Positions 24,742 to 38,000 of a stretch of DNA of 64,000 nt are shown piece after piece; position 1 is the stretch's first letter; the number at the start of each line of letters is the position of its first letter. The stretch lies in the NCBI RefSeq assembly GCF_037042905.1, contig NC_087250.1:22012001-22076000 (forward strand), written 5' to 3'. The notes under the pieces were generated by a model. The model was not told where the DNA came from, did no database searches, and was given only the letters and a program-made list of their open reading frames with translations. This stretch comes from Lytechinus pictus (Eukaryota). The translations under genes were made by a program, and so were the position numbers.

Positions 24742-27700
24742 ATGGATAATTCAGCAGTGGAACACAGATCTGATTCTACTACTCACCATGGAGAGGAAGG
24801 TCAAAGGTCATCGGTCAATGAGAGATGGGTCATATCTGAAATTGAAACCCCTTTGAGGTGAGGGTTTGAACAGGGCCTCATCATACAAAGAGTTACGATT
24901 GATCGGATCAACCACAACTATGGATGCCCAGCAACATCAACATCTAAAATGCATTTTTTTTTAACATTCTCTAGATCTATGGTGTATATTGATCTCTTGA
25001 AGATTTCAGTGTGATTCTCTTTGTTTGCTATTAAAGTAGATTATGCAAAGATCTTTAAGAAAAAGTGATGCTGGATGGATTTCCATACAATTGAGATTGA
25101 TTGGATCAATCATAACTCTTTGTAAGACTAGCCTTGAGGACTCCATGATGATATTTTTTAATATTTTGACATATACTTCTTCATCATGGAGCCTTGAACT
25201 GCCTGCCATATATGTATAAGAGACACTTGTAAACAAAGATGAATTTCCCTAGGAAATCCATCTTTTAAGATAAAAATCACGTAAATGTTTTTGATTTTAT
25301 TTATTTTTACACCTTCATATGCCTAATGCGTATGAAGGTTTCCAAAATTGGTTTTCAAAGTGGGAGGGGGGCAGGCTGACCATGCAAAAAATCACAATCA
25401 TATGGTAATTTTTACGTTTTTGTACACGGTTTTGGAGAAAAAAAAGGGGGGGCTGAAGCCCCCCCACCCCGCTTCCGCAGGGTGTAAAAATAAATAAAAT
25501 AAAAAAAATGTACGTGATTTTTATCTTAACAGATGGATTTCCTAGGGAAATCCATCCTTGTTTACAAATGTCTCTTATACATATATGACATGCAGTTCAA
25601 GGCTCCATGATAAAGAAGTATATGACAAAATATTAAAAAATATCATCATGGAGTCCTCAAGGCTATGTAAGACAGGGCCCAGATGTGGGTCCGGGGGGTG
25701 TAATGTGCAGACGCACCCCGTAAAATTTGGAAAAGTTATGGTGCAGCATGTAGAACGCCTTCATTGCGCACCCCGTGATATGAATGATGACCTTTTTTTT
25801 CTGCTTGTCAAAATTTTCGGACAGATTCCCACCCAGTCTGACACTGGATCTGCGCTTATTGAACATGATTACCTGGATACACATTTTTTTATTTTGTATC
25901 AATTTTTTTTCAAATTCCAAAGGAGGTGGGCAACAATGGAGTGCTTCATGAAACAAGTGCTAGAAGTAGTAGTCAGGCTTTTGGCCGACTAAATTGCTTT
26001 TGGCCAATCAAATGAAAGGGTTTGGCTAGCTTACAACAATTTTCACTGACTATCCGTTTCCTGAAATGCTCCCTATCAAATTGTTACATTTAGCATCAGT
26101 AGTGGGCAGGCAAAGTTCTGTGTATTCAATGAATCTAAAATGCAAATGTACGGAACTAGCCATATATTTCCTCCTCGTAATGATTTACAGTTCTAAGATT
26201 TAAACTAATAACAGGTTTCAAACTCAAAGTAAAATGGGCAAATCCAGGATTGATCATTGGGGGGCAGGAATGCTGAACAAGAATTTTGTGTCAAACGCCT
26301 CTACCATAGAAGCTATTGACAAAAAATGCCCCCCCATCAGCTCATGCAAATGAATATGATTGAATCAGTGAATCACGTTTATGCAGGATATGCTAGTACG
26401 ACTGCTATTACCCCAAGTTCTTTAGGATACGCATGATGTATCTCTTACTAATTTATTCCTTCTTTTCTTGTGAAATTGTCTTTTTATGCCCCTATCCGTT
26501 ACCCTCTCTTCTCTAATTATTGTTGACCTTCAATTCTTGGAATTATATTTTTCAGAAGTACAGTGCATCAGACTTGCCCAACCGAAACCGCACAATATGC
26601 CAATGTGCTTGCTAAAGAACCCTGCCACTCCCAGCTTCAAGACCAAAAGAGGGCCCTGGACACACCAAGGATGAGCAAAAGTGAAGTGTTACATCATCAG
26701 CGTGAGAATCACTTTATTGACAATGATCAAGATTTAGGTCTTCATGACAGCTCACAAGAGCACGAGGAAAATCAGGACAGTTACATGCTTGCCAGTGAAC
26801 AATCTGGTCGTCCAGATAGCAACATGGAAGAGAGTGAAGATGGGTGCAAGAACCAAACAAGGCAAGGAATGATTCCTTTGCGGCCTCTCCACAAGACATT
26901 GAAAACAAAGGGAGATAACCAACATGTCAGAAAGAACAAGGGCACATTCCAGCAGAATGATTGGTCAAATCAAGGGGAAATGCCCAGAAGTCTTCCATTT
27001 GGGACAGTCGAATCAGCAGATCACAGACTTCATGTATGTGCAAATGAAGATAAAGATCCTGTTGGGGATCTAGGTCTCCAATTACATAGGGACATCGTTG
27101 GTAATCGTTTGGAGAAGACCCCCAAAGCATTGCATCTCCAGGGGCGAGGTTTAAGTAAAGCAGATGGGACGATCCTGCAATCTGGCCTTACGTCCAAGAA
27201 TTCAAGAATGCCAAGTCTTGATAAAATTGTGAACAAATTGCGAACTGTGAAGGAATCCGAGGAAGCTTCAAGTGTTGCAGCGGATGCTGAACCTGACAAA
27301 GACTCCTTTCTTCATGGTAGGTGATTATTTTTGTGTGTATTTATATATAGTCAGAGCTGATCTCGAGGCCACATCTGTGACCAGCCACCCCACAACCAAC
27401 AATAAGTCAGCAAAAATGAATTTTGAGATTTTCATTGAGCTTGAAAAACTCATTCTAAGCTTTAAAATCATACAACCTGTCAAAATTGATCAACGATACC
27501 CCTCACAAGTACTTGCTTGAATGCAATATAAATTCAGCGACGGCTTTTAAAAAATAGGAGAAAACAATTTTTTTGAAGTTTGGGGTTCACTCAAGCATGA
27601 GATGTGCACACTGTGCAATCTCAAAGAAATTTCCCAGCAGTCTGCAAAAATTGGTGTTAAAGAAACTCTTAGATCTTGTCTTTTATTCAACTTTACAACT

Positions 27701-30543
27701 TCAAATATTGACGGTAAGATGAAGAATTACCTGTTCATATCAGCTTGTTTTTTAACACTTGCTTTTCTAAAGACCAAATTACTATTTTGGGTATTTACCT
27801 TCCCTGGCGACTTATTGTTTGATTTGGTTGGTCACATTTTGCCAGCCTTGGCCTGAGTCGCTTGTACAAAGTCTGTAGGAGATTCTCCAGCAGCTTCATG
27901 ACACAGAACTACTGGCCTTGACAAAATCCCTGGTGGGTGTTTCATAAAGCTGTTCGTTAAGTTAAGAGCGACTTTAAGAACGACTGGTGATCCTTTCTTG
28001 TGGTAAATGGTATATTCATTGGCGATGGTTTGGCACGTAAGAAAGGTTCACCAGTCATTCTTAAAGTCGATCTTATCTTATGAACAGCTTTATGAAACGG
28101 CCCCCTGGTGTGTTAAGTAAGTTGGATTTCACTGCGGCTTTCCCTTCTCTCATATGTTTGTCAATGAAGAGCTTGGGAGCGAATTAAAAAAATTGAAAGT
28201 GGCTTAGAGTCTTGTTTGGGTACCTTCCTGAAAAGTAAAATCAGCAGATATTTTACTTTTACTTTTTCCACCAAAGAAGCTGACTTGGGTCCTACTTTTC
28301 ACTCTGGAGGGGCAGGGTATTCTTAGTTTTCAAAATATAGTTTTTTTTTCTCAAAAATCAAAGGCAATTTAACTTTGATCCTATCAGAGGCCTGCATGAT
28401 CAGAGAAAGGTGGATAATCTCTTTGGTTATATTTGATTTGAAAGTTGGATGCAGCAAACCTCTATGGTCCATTTTATTATGTTATGTAATTGATTGAAGG
28501 AATGTGCAACTGGAGAAGGTTTTTAGGGCTTGAAATTGAAAAAAAAGCTCCAGATAATCCCCATTCATTGCAGTGTTAAATGTTTATTCATTGTAGCAGA
28601 TTTCTAGCGGTAGGTTGTTGAAAGCAGCCCATGAAAAAAAAAACCGTGGCCAGCTCAAAATTACACATATTCATAATTGACATCAGTCCAAATTTAGTGT
28701 TGATTCAATTGCCTCATTTTGAAACTCTTTGAACGACGTAGCCCCCCGGTTTTTTCCTGCTTGTATTAAGTATATTTACTTTTATATGCTCAAAGTACCG
28801 GTATATGAAGATTAAAATAGTTTTGTATGTAAGTTGTCTACATACACTCCGGTGTTGATTTAACTCCAGCTCGGAATCTATATGTGTCCACACCAGAGAA
28901 GTGTTGAAACAACACCAGTTTGGAATCAAACCGATGCTGTTTTGATACTAATTGGTGTTGTATAAACACCTGTCTGGTGTTAGACCAAAACGAAACTGGT
29001 GTTGTTTAACACTTCTCTAGTGTGGACACCAGAGTTTTTGCATTGTACTGTCAAAACCTATTTGACAGCTTGTGGTCAGGAGAGCCAAATTTAATGTCGA
29101 ATTTGCAAATAATTTTTGTTGACTGTTATTTTCTTGACATTTATTAGTTTTAAAACCTACTCCATGCACGCTTGTTATATCTGTTGGGCCATTTTTTTCA
29201 GTGGTCAACAATCTGTTTCCATTCCCTAAAATATTAAAAAATCAGAGTTATTTTTTACAAGAATCAGGATATGTTATAATAGAAGATATATTATTGAGAT
29301 GCTGTTTACTTTTTTTTCAGGTGTTACTAGGAACATTCCTGAGAAGACCAATACCAGTAGGAAGGAACAGAAGAGAGTGGGTTCAGGTGTCTTCCAGAGC
29401 AAAGATAGAGACAAACTTTCAAAGAAAAGGAAAATTAGCAGAGGACAAATGCTTCAGCCAACAAAGACTGGTAAATCTGTTGAAAATGACCTTGCAGAAA
29501 AGAAATGTTTAGTAGTGGAGAGTCTAGTAGTTGGTGAAGCGTTTGTAGGTTCTGCTTCTGGTGGCATTATCCTTGAGAAACCACCCGGACAGCAATGTGC
29601 TGTGTGCAAAGAATATGTTCCTCAAGCAAACCTAAACAGCCATCGCTGTAAGGTGGGTATCTCAAAGACCAAAACTTCTGTCGGAGATATAAAGTCGTCA
29701 GGTAGATCTCAAAAGCAGAATTCTTACCTATGCAAGAATTGTCAGAGACCAGTCAATGAAGGGGATAATAAAGTTGGTAAGCAGAAACCTCTATGTGGGG
29801 AATGTGATGGAAGAGAAGACCAGACAAAGTGTGTTGATGTCTCTGAAGATGTTCTCAGGGGAATTCACAAATGCACTCAATGTGAGGAATCCTTCAACAG
29901 CCGCTCCAGTCTTAGCTTGCACCTACTCACCCACGTACAAGTCAAGCTCATCAGATGTGACGTTTGTGACAAGATCTGCAGAACCGAGGGCATGTTGGCA
30001 ACGCATAAACGGATCCATGCTGGGCAGCATCCTTACCAGTGTCACATCTGTGATAAGACCTTCGGGAAAAGCAATACCCTTACTTGCCACCTCAGGACGC
30101 ACAGCGGGGAAAAACCATACCGATGCGATCTCTGCGACAAATCCTTCACTCAGAACAGCGCCCTCACTGTTCATAAACGTATTCACTCCGGTGAGCAGCC
30201 ATATTGTTGCAGCATCTGCGGTAAGAACTTCCGGGACAGCAGCAACCTTCGGAGGCACGTTCGAATCCACAGCGGGGACCAACCGTTCGAATGCAGCGTG
30301 TGCGAGAAACGATTTAGCACTAAGGATCATTTGAGCACACACTTTCGGATCCACACCGGGGATAAGCCATACCAGTGTTACGTGTGTGACAAGGCGTTCA
30401 CACAGAGTAGCACGCTTGTGGGCCATATGAAGACACATGCTGAAAACACCCCATACAAGTGCAATGTTTGCCAAGAAGGCTTTAGGGACAAGAGAAAGTA
30501 TTCATCCCATATGAATCTGCATGCTGAGGAAACCAATACATAA
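24742..30543 (+). CDS. C2H2 zinc finger protein (8 tandem fingers, long N-terminal region), 699 aa
   Basis: Coding exons 24742-24857 (ATG; AG|gtgagg), 26556-27316 (ttcag|; G|gtaggt) and 29321-30543 (tttttttcag|; TAA). Phases 2 and 1 match, total 2100 nt. Eight CxxC-x12-HxxxH fingers with SGEKP/TGDKP-type linkers. Confidence 0.88.
24873..25680. mobile_element. Harbinger-like MITE (gggcc...tacaaagagttacgattgatc family) interrupted by a nested element
   Basis: The right TIR ctctttgtaagac|agggccc is split by the 25129-25665 insert. The same family occurs at 30705-30956, ~54261-54530 and ~60432-60612. Confidence 0.7.
25129..25665. mobile_element. Foldback-type non-autonomous element, ~180-bp TIRs, 8-bp TSD TGTAAGAC (hAT-like)
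   Basis: TSD at 25121-25128 and 25666-25673; TAGCCTTGAGGACTCC...GGAGTCCTCAAGGCTA; arms ~25129-25312 and ~25481-25665. Confidence 0.8.
27931..28107. mobile_element. Harbinger-like MITE (gtttcataaagctgttc TIRs)
   Basis: Inverted ends gtttcataaagctgttc / gaacagctttatgaaac; related short MITEs at ~23833-23995 and ~41519-41651. Confidence 0.65.
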
Positions 30544-30577
30544 CCTATGCATCTTCAACTTTAAGAACATTCATCTG

Positions 30578-30956
30578 GGGCCTGTTGCAGAAAGAGTTGC
30601 GTTAAACGCAAGTCCCGAATGCGGGTGCTTCATTGGCTGAAAATCAAGTTGCGCAAGATTTTTGAGTTGCATTTGATCGCAACTCTTTTAGCAACGGGCC
30701 CCTGGTCCCCATCTTACTAAGAGTAACGATTTATCCAATTAATCCATCCAATGGAAATCCATTAATGTCATCATTTGTTTACAGGAAGTTTTTACAATGT
30801 CCTCTGTAAACAAAGAGAAGCACACTGAATTTTCAAGAGACCAATACATCATATCTAGAAAATATTTTGAGCAAATTTTCATTTTAGATGTTAAGGTTGC
30901 TGGTAATCCATAGTTGTGGTTGATGGAATCAATCGCAACTCTTTGTAAGAAGGGCC
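30578..30956. mobile_element. Two adjacent Harbinger-like MITEs (30578-30701, 30705-30956) in the 3' UTR of C2H2 gene 1
   Basis: CTG at 30575-77, 30702-04 and 30957-59 bounds both elements; each has its own TIRs. Confidence 0.7.
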
Positions 30957-31467
30957 CTGTAGACCCAATATTGAGCCTGAGTTTTCTCTGGCTAACGTAA
31001 GGGCTAGACTGTTTAAGCAATTGTAAAATGTGTGTTATGTGAAGAGTTCCATTCCAAATAGTACTACATGTACAAGCAGAATCAATTCTATCACTCGGAG
31101 CCCTTTTAAAAAATACGTACAACTATGATGACTTTGCTATTATTGTAAATACCATAGAAACCTTGATTGTGATTTGAAACTGAGCCGTTAAACAATAATT
31201 TGCCAATTCGTCCACTGCCAACTTGTCCACTCACCACATGGTCTACTTTCATTTTTTGTTCAATCAACAATTCGTTTGATAACCATTTGGTCCAATGACG
31301 ATTCGGTCCAAGCATCACCTTGTCTAATCACAATTTTTGTCTATGACCCAACTGTGACATACACGCTCTATTCATTAACTAAATTTTCATATTATTCATT
31401 CATAATTGTCTAGGAACCTGAATTAGTTTTCCTCACTTTTCATAAAACATCAGAAAAGAGCACAGTT

Positions 31468-31860
31468 CAGGGTTCCCAGCTAATGAGGGAAATCAGGGAA
31501 AATTATTTTACTTTTTTCCAGTCAGAGAAAATCAGGGAATTTGATCAAAAATACCTCAAATCAGGGAAAATGCCTCAAATGAGGGGAAAATCAGAGAATT
31601 CTGATTGGCCCAAAAGTTGAAAGTACGACTCATATTTTGTTGCATATCAAAACAACATCCATTGAATGACTGGTTATGGTGTTTTTTAGTGTAGCCTCTT
31701 TGACTGTAGTACAAAATTTTATGCTGAAAATAAATGTGATTCACTGCAACAACTTACAAAACATGCGACACTGGAAATGGGTTTGAATAATTATCAGGAA
31801 ATTTCTAAACCTCATCAGGGAAATATCAGGAAATATGGTTTTCTTGAAAAGCTGGGAACC
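31468..31860. mobile_element. hAT-like MITE with TCAGGGAA subterminal repeats
   Basis: cagggttcccagc...gctgggaacc termini; repeated tcagggaa; lies between the two halves of a ggtctaat-family MITE. Confidence 0.6.
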
Positions 31861-34800
31861 ATGAATAACCAGTTGGTCTAATATCCATTTCATTTTGCAC
31901 AATTATCACTCAGTCCAATTAGACTTACATGTAATTTTGGATTCAATGTCTATTGGACCAACTGTTTATTAGACAAAATGGTGAGTGGACGGAATGGATA
32001 TAGACCATGTGGATAGTGGACGAACTGATAGTAGACCAAATGATAGTAAATGAGTTGGCATTAGACGATTGGAAATAAACCCCCTTTAACCACGGCAGGT
32101 TCCACAATGGCCAAGTTACCATAATAGTTTGATTCATTAAACTCTTTAACTCTTTATGAATCATGCCCCTCTATCTCCCAGATAGGTTACCAGCTGGGTC
32201 CTCGGAAGATAACATCAGATAATGAATCATGTCAGACCCTTATTCAAAAAAATGAATTGTTGTTGAACTATGATTGTGCCTCACTTTTGTAAGCAAGTTC
32301 AAGTATTAGAAAATACACTATCAAATGATTGATATTGTAATGTTTCTTTCCCTCCCTGGATACTTGTACCAAATAATAGTAGTCAAGATTGATGTAATAC
32401 CCCTTGGACTGAGGCCTTCATACATCTATAGAATATTTCTTGCCAGCTCCATGTAATGTACATTATCCTTTTTCAACATAAACAGTTCACTCATTACGGA
32501 TGCAATATTATTTGATGCCAACACTCATGGAATATCCATGTATTTCTTTCATGGGATCTGCCTCTTCAATTGGTTTCTGTGTCCCCAAGACTTTCCGCAT
32601 GAATCTTTATACTTTTATATGTTAACTTTTCCCTGTTTTAACAGAATGGGTGTGTTCAAACTTTCTATTCAGATGCTTGTTATAAGAGACATACGTGCTG
32701 ATGATTACTGCAAAATACACTGTACAAATGAAGCTGCTGGAAGCTTGAGTGAACCCCAAGCTTCAAACCTTGCTGTCTCCTTATATTTTGAAGTTCTTGC
32801 TGAATTTCTTCTGTATTCACAAGTTCATCTGGGGTTATTGTTGATCAGTGTTGACAAGTTTTATAAAGTGTAGGATGTGTTTTTTTTTTTCAAGTTCATT
32901 GAAAATTTCTAAATTAATTTGGGTCAACTTATTGTTTGTTTGGAGGTGGCAACTAGGTCACCTATAGATATATTTCCATGTTCTTTGGACAAATCTGGGC
33001 AGTTTTCTACCTGTATAAAGTTGGGTCCCCAGTCTTCCCGAAAACAGAAACTGAATCACAAAAATCATGGAATTTCACAGAAAATTAAATAAATCAGCCC
33101 CCCCCCCACAAAAAAAAAGATGTATTAATATTATCATGAAAGTAATTGCAAAATTATCTGCCTATCAAAACATTTTAGAGTGCTTAGCATACAGTATTTA
33201 AAGCTTCTAGGTCCATTATGTCACTAAAGAAAATCATTAGAATGGACACAAAAGGACATGTAATTTGAATTCTAGAAAATGGAAAACCGGGGTCCCTAAT
33301 AACTACAAACTTTTGCATCTCACATTTGAATCAATTGGTGTTGTGTTTCTTATGCTTATGAATTCACATTTAAAAATCAATAATCTGCAAAGTCGGTGCA
33401 ATTGTGATCTAAGAAATCACAAATTATTTCATTGCCAGGTTACGGATGAAACTGAGGTCAAGTCAGACCCGACAAAAAGCTTATTTAAACAAGCATGATG
33501 CTCAAAATGTAATTGCATTGGAGGAATTTATGATATTTTAAAGTTTTGCTCAATTTTACAAAATGGTTACATAAATATTTTTTTTGCACATCCAAGTCAG
33601 AGAGCGAATGATGAAGATGAAATAATGACATCAACTCTTTTTTTTTTTATTATATGAAGTATTTTTTTCTCATTATGTGAAATCAAGTTTCATTTCTACC
33701 TGAATGTGTAGAATTGCTGTTATTGTCAATGAAGAGGTTGACTTTGCCAAATTTTCAACAATTGAAATATTGTATGATTATTGATATCATTAAATATTGA
33801 ATGTTAAACTTTTTTTTTGTACATTTGTATTGTATACCTACTTTATAGTCCCATTAATAGACCAAAGCTCATTACATACAGGGCAATATAAATACAAGAA
33901 CCAAATTTCCAATACTTTTTGTTTATTTTTTAAGAAAAAAAATGCTTGCAAATTTTAAGAGGTGAAATGTTGTTAAATTCTACCACCATATGGTTAAATG
34001 TTTTGTCGATTAGAGTTGGTTATGGTTGGTATACATGAGCCAATAGTATTTGTGATGAAATGATGTGTGAGAGTACGTAGAGCTAGTCCGTGAGAGGGGG
34101 GGGGGGGGAGAGGGTAGGGGGAGTCGGGGCAAAGAATAATAAACAGTATCAAAATAAAGTAAAATGTCATTGAATGTTGGATGAGAATCTGTCCAAAAAT
34201 AACGAAAGTGATTTTAAAAATATATATATATTTTGTGACGTCACAAGCTAACGGTCCCTCCAGCATAGATCATATGGTAAATGCTATTTTCTCAAAAGCT
34301 CTTGGCGTGTCATCAGACAAATCATCCCCCCGGCCCCCATCAAGAAAATAAAAATATTATTCATCACATTCCATTAAAAACAATGCAATTCAAAATCAAT
34401 ATTGAATTATAAAGGGGAAGCTACTCTCATACATGTATGACATCACAAATCTTTCATGGATTTTCATGAACCTTCACCAAAATTATTGATGATTTTTTTG
34501 CTTTTATTAAAATCAACGTATCTTCCTGGTAAGATGGAAAATAAGAGAGGAATATTGGGAGGGAAATAATAATGAGAAGAGTGCGAGAGTGAAAGGAATT
34601 TGCTGACTATGATGCATCCGGAATAATATCCGGAATATATATAGGCTACTTTAATATTATTATTAGGCTTCATGTTGTGACTTGCACCAAGACTATTGCT
34701 GGTAGACATTTGGAGGAGACTGAGCCAAAAACCTTAAAATAGTCTGAACATGTGAGTGAAAGTGTTCCTTAATTTAGTATAATCTATCTTTATACCTATA

Positions 34801-35046
34801 GTTTAAGCCCTCGTGTATGATTATTATAATTATGGACACCATGCAGTGTAATATGCAATTCAATCTCGGCTCACGAAGCCTTTTTGCCACTGTGTGGTCC
34901 CATTCGTTTCCAATCATGTCACAATGACTTTTTGTGTGTTACTGTTAGTCAGTGTTATTGATATTTGTTTTGTCTGTTTTCAGTGTTTCGCTTTGCTTGT
35001 TGTTTTCTTGGGGGTGGGAAAGGGGGAAAGGAATGTCTAGATCTAG

Positions 35047-35640
35047 TTAAAGGTCAAGTCCACCCCAGAAAAATGTTGTTTTGAATAAATAGAGAAAAAT
35101 CAGACTAGCATAACACTGAAAATTTCATCAAAATCGGATGTAATAAGAAAGTTATGTGACATTTTAAAGTTTCTCTTATTTTTCACAAAGCAGTGATATG
35201 CACATCTCAGTGACATGCAAATGAGACGGTCGATGATGTCCCTCACTCACTATTTCTTTTGTTTTCTATTGTTTGAAATATACAATATTTCATTTTTTAC
35301 AGATTTAGAAATAAGGACCAACTTGACTAAGCCATATAATGCTAATTCCACATGTTCATGGAGGAAGTAATCGTTGTTTCACTTGACAAAGAGGAGAAAA
35401 TTAGAATATTTCATATAATAAATTACAAAAGAAATAGTGAGTGGATGATGTCATCAGTCTCCTCATTTGCATATAGACCAGGATGTGCATATAACTGTTT
35501 TGTGAAATTAAGCGAAACTTTAAAATGTCATAACTTTCTTATTTTACATCCGATCTTGATGAAATTTTCAGCGTTATGCTTGTTGGATTTTTCTCTTTTT
35601 ATTCAAATTAACTCTTTGTTGTGGTGGACTTGTCCTTTAA
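35047..35640. mobile_element. Kolobok-like MITE family B (TTAA TSD)
   Basis: TTAA-AGGTCAAGTCCACC...GGTGGACTTGTCCT-TTAA; similar copy at 47418-48028 and a degenerate copy at ~39383-39919. Confidence 0.8.
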
Positions 35641-37439
35641 GGTTGAAATTGGGTGATGTTTTCAACATAGGGCCTGGATTTTTTCTCTCTTTTTGTGCAG
35701 TTAGGCCTAACTTTTTAGACTTCTAGACAAATTCCAAAATGAAATAAAGACAAAGTTAAGTTTTTCTCAGTCATTCCTAAATGAATTCTAACCCTTGACT
35801 TGAGACCTCAATAAGGTCGAACAAAAGCTGCCAGAGTAGATCTAGATATATAAGTCTAGATAAGCATATCCACAGATATTTAATCAATTTTATACCTTAA
35901 TTTAACATGTTAGATATTTCAATTATTTGCGATATAACAATTAACATGTATAAACAGTAAACTGGAATATTCACTCAAAAAAGTCAGTGGCGTAACAGAC
36001 GGGGGGGGGGGGGGGGGGGGGGGCAAGCTGCCCCCCCCTGGTGGATTTCACTGGGAAAATAAATAAAAAACGGGGGGGAAAAAGGGAGGGAGAAAGAAAG
36101 GGGAAGGAAAGGAGGAAAAGTGAAAAGAAAATGAAGAAAAAAATATTTTTAATGGAAAAGGAAGGAAATCTGGAAAAAGAACGAAAGAACAATTGAGAAA
36201 AAACAAATCATTCCGAAATAGGCCTATGTAATGCAATAGTATGACAAAATGGCAAACAATAGCAGCAAATGAAGGTAGAATGGAATTAGTCAAAAGCTAA
36301 ATTGGAAAACAAAGAAAAGGGACAAGAAAAAAAACCTTAATAACATGCAAGCCTGATAACATGACCGGGCTGCCCGGGATAGAAAATAAAAAGCAGGAAG
36401 AAAGATGGACTGCATACAACATTGTGCCATAAGCTTGCTAAATTTCATGCAAATAAGCTACCGGGCTTTGCCCCAGACCCCACGCAGTAGGGGCTCTTCA
36501 TCTATAACCTTCAAATGTGGCTCTATAACGCCCCCTCCTGTAGGATCGACCCTTCCTACATTAAGCTTTACGTTCAATCACTGGCGTACAGGCGCGGAGG
36601 GGGGGTCTTGGTTCCACACCCAAGAGGAAATAAAATGAATTATAGGAGACAACGTATAATGAAATGAATGGAAACAATGAAATGTGTTGTTTGCTGAATA
36701 TAATGGATATCTATCACATAATTAAAATTTGATTTCAATAGGCATTTTTTTTCCAGCTCGCTTTGCTCGCTGGCAACTTTTTACAAATTTTCCCACATTG
36801 CTATGTTTTGCCCCCTCAAAATTTTTGGTTCAACTGGGTTGAATAAATGTGTTGTGTAAAAGCTATATTCTGTATATACCCGCGATTTGATTAAAAATAG
36901 CGGCAATCTGCTAGGTTTAAATGGCTTTGATATCAAGAAGTTCCGGGGGCTCCAGACGGACCCCATCCGCATAGCACTGCCATTTATGAGTATGGAAGGG
37001 ATGGGCCATGGTCCTTAAAAGTTCTACAACCAAGAAAAAAAAGCAGGAAAGAAAAGCAAAGGAAAAGTGTTGGATTTGATTTCATTTACTGAATATAATG
37101 TCAAGAAATATCTCAAAGTTAAATTCTCATGAAAATGTGATTTTTATTCTTGCTCGCTCGTCAGGACTTATATTAAGGAGCTTTTTAGCACATGCGCCAT
37201 ACTGCGCCTCTCGTTTTTTTACTCTTCACGCTACTGCCGCAAAGAATCATGTTCACAGTGGCATACATGCCACAAAAAGAGGAATGGAAAGAGAGAAGAG
37301 TGACATATATCATTCTCTGGATATCATGTCAAAATCTATCACAAAATTTGATTTTTGTATTAAAAATGTCTAATTTTTTGCTCGCTCGCTTAGCTCGCTC
37401 GCAACTTTTTTTTAAAGATAGATTTTGCCTGATACAGTC

Positions 37440-38000
37440 AGACCGCAGCTCGCGCGATAATGAGCATATTCACGGAAATTTATTCAGCGGCCCTCTAGCG
37501 GTCTCCGAAGGAAAACGTGCGATCAATTTGGCTTGATTTTCCCACTGAATTGGAGGGGCTGAAGTTATAGCTCTGTACTGGTCGCTAACTTCAGTTTACG
37601 TCGAAACGAATTGTGGTAAGTTATTCTCAAGACCTTCATCTACAGTTTGGTATATAATTTTCCATATTTCGACATTTTCAACCTACCATTTTTACCTCTT
37701 TAATTGATGCTTATTTTAGTAATATTTTAACTGCGATTTTGTAGTCGGAATTTCACTTTTGGTTCCTGACTTTGCTACATAACCAAATTGTTTAGATCAG
37801 GATTTTTTAGAAAGAAGAAAAGTCACTGTTCAAAATATGTCAGAACCAACTTGACGCAAACTCACCTTATATTTTTATTTTAGAGAAAATGATACCCTAA
37901 AAATCGAGGAATTTACGTTTTACCCGGAAGTAACCTTCTCGTTCACTCCACGATGGCGCGAAATAATGCCAAAATTACGTTCGTCGCGGGTTGGTAGAAT
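37440..38000 (+). promoter_or_regulatory. CpG-enriched promoter-like region with a first-exon donor
   Basis: Donor gtg|gtaagt after 37615; ETS-type ccggaagt near 37924 and YY1-like gatggcg near 37952. Confidence 0.4.

Noticed and set aside
29756..30474. Alternative-frame and antisense ORFs over the zinc-finger exons (also 50939-53651)
   Set aside because: Typical shadows of repetitive C2H2 coding sequence.
27372..32965. Inverted related repeats (~27372-27600 and ~32740-32965) flanking the ZNF1 finger exon as a composite transposon
   Set aside because: The left copy has its own right TIR near 27838, the copies are strongly diverged, and no shared TSD was found, so they look like independent MITEs.
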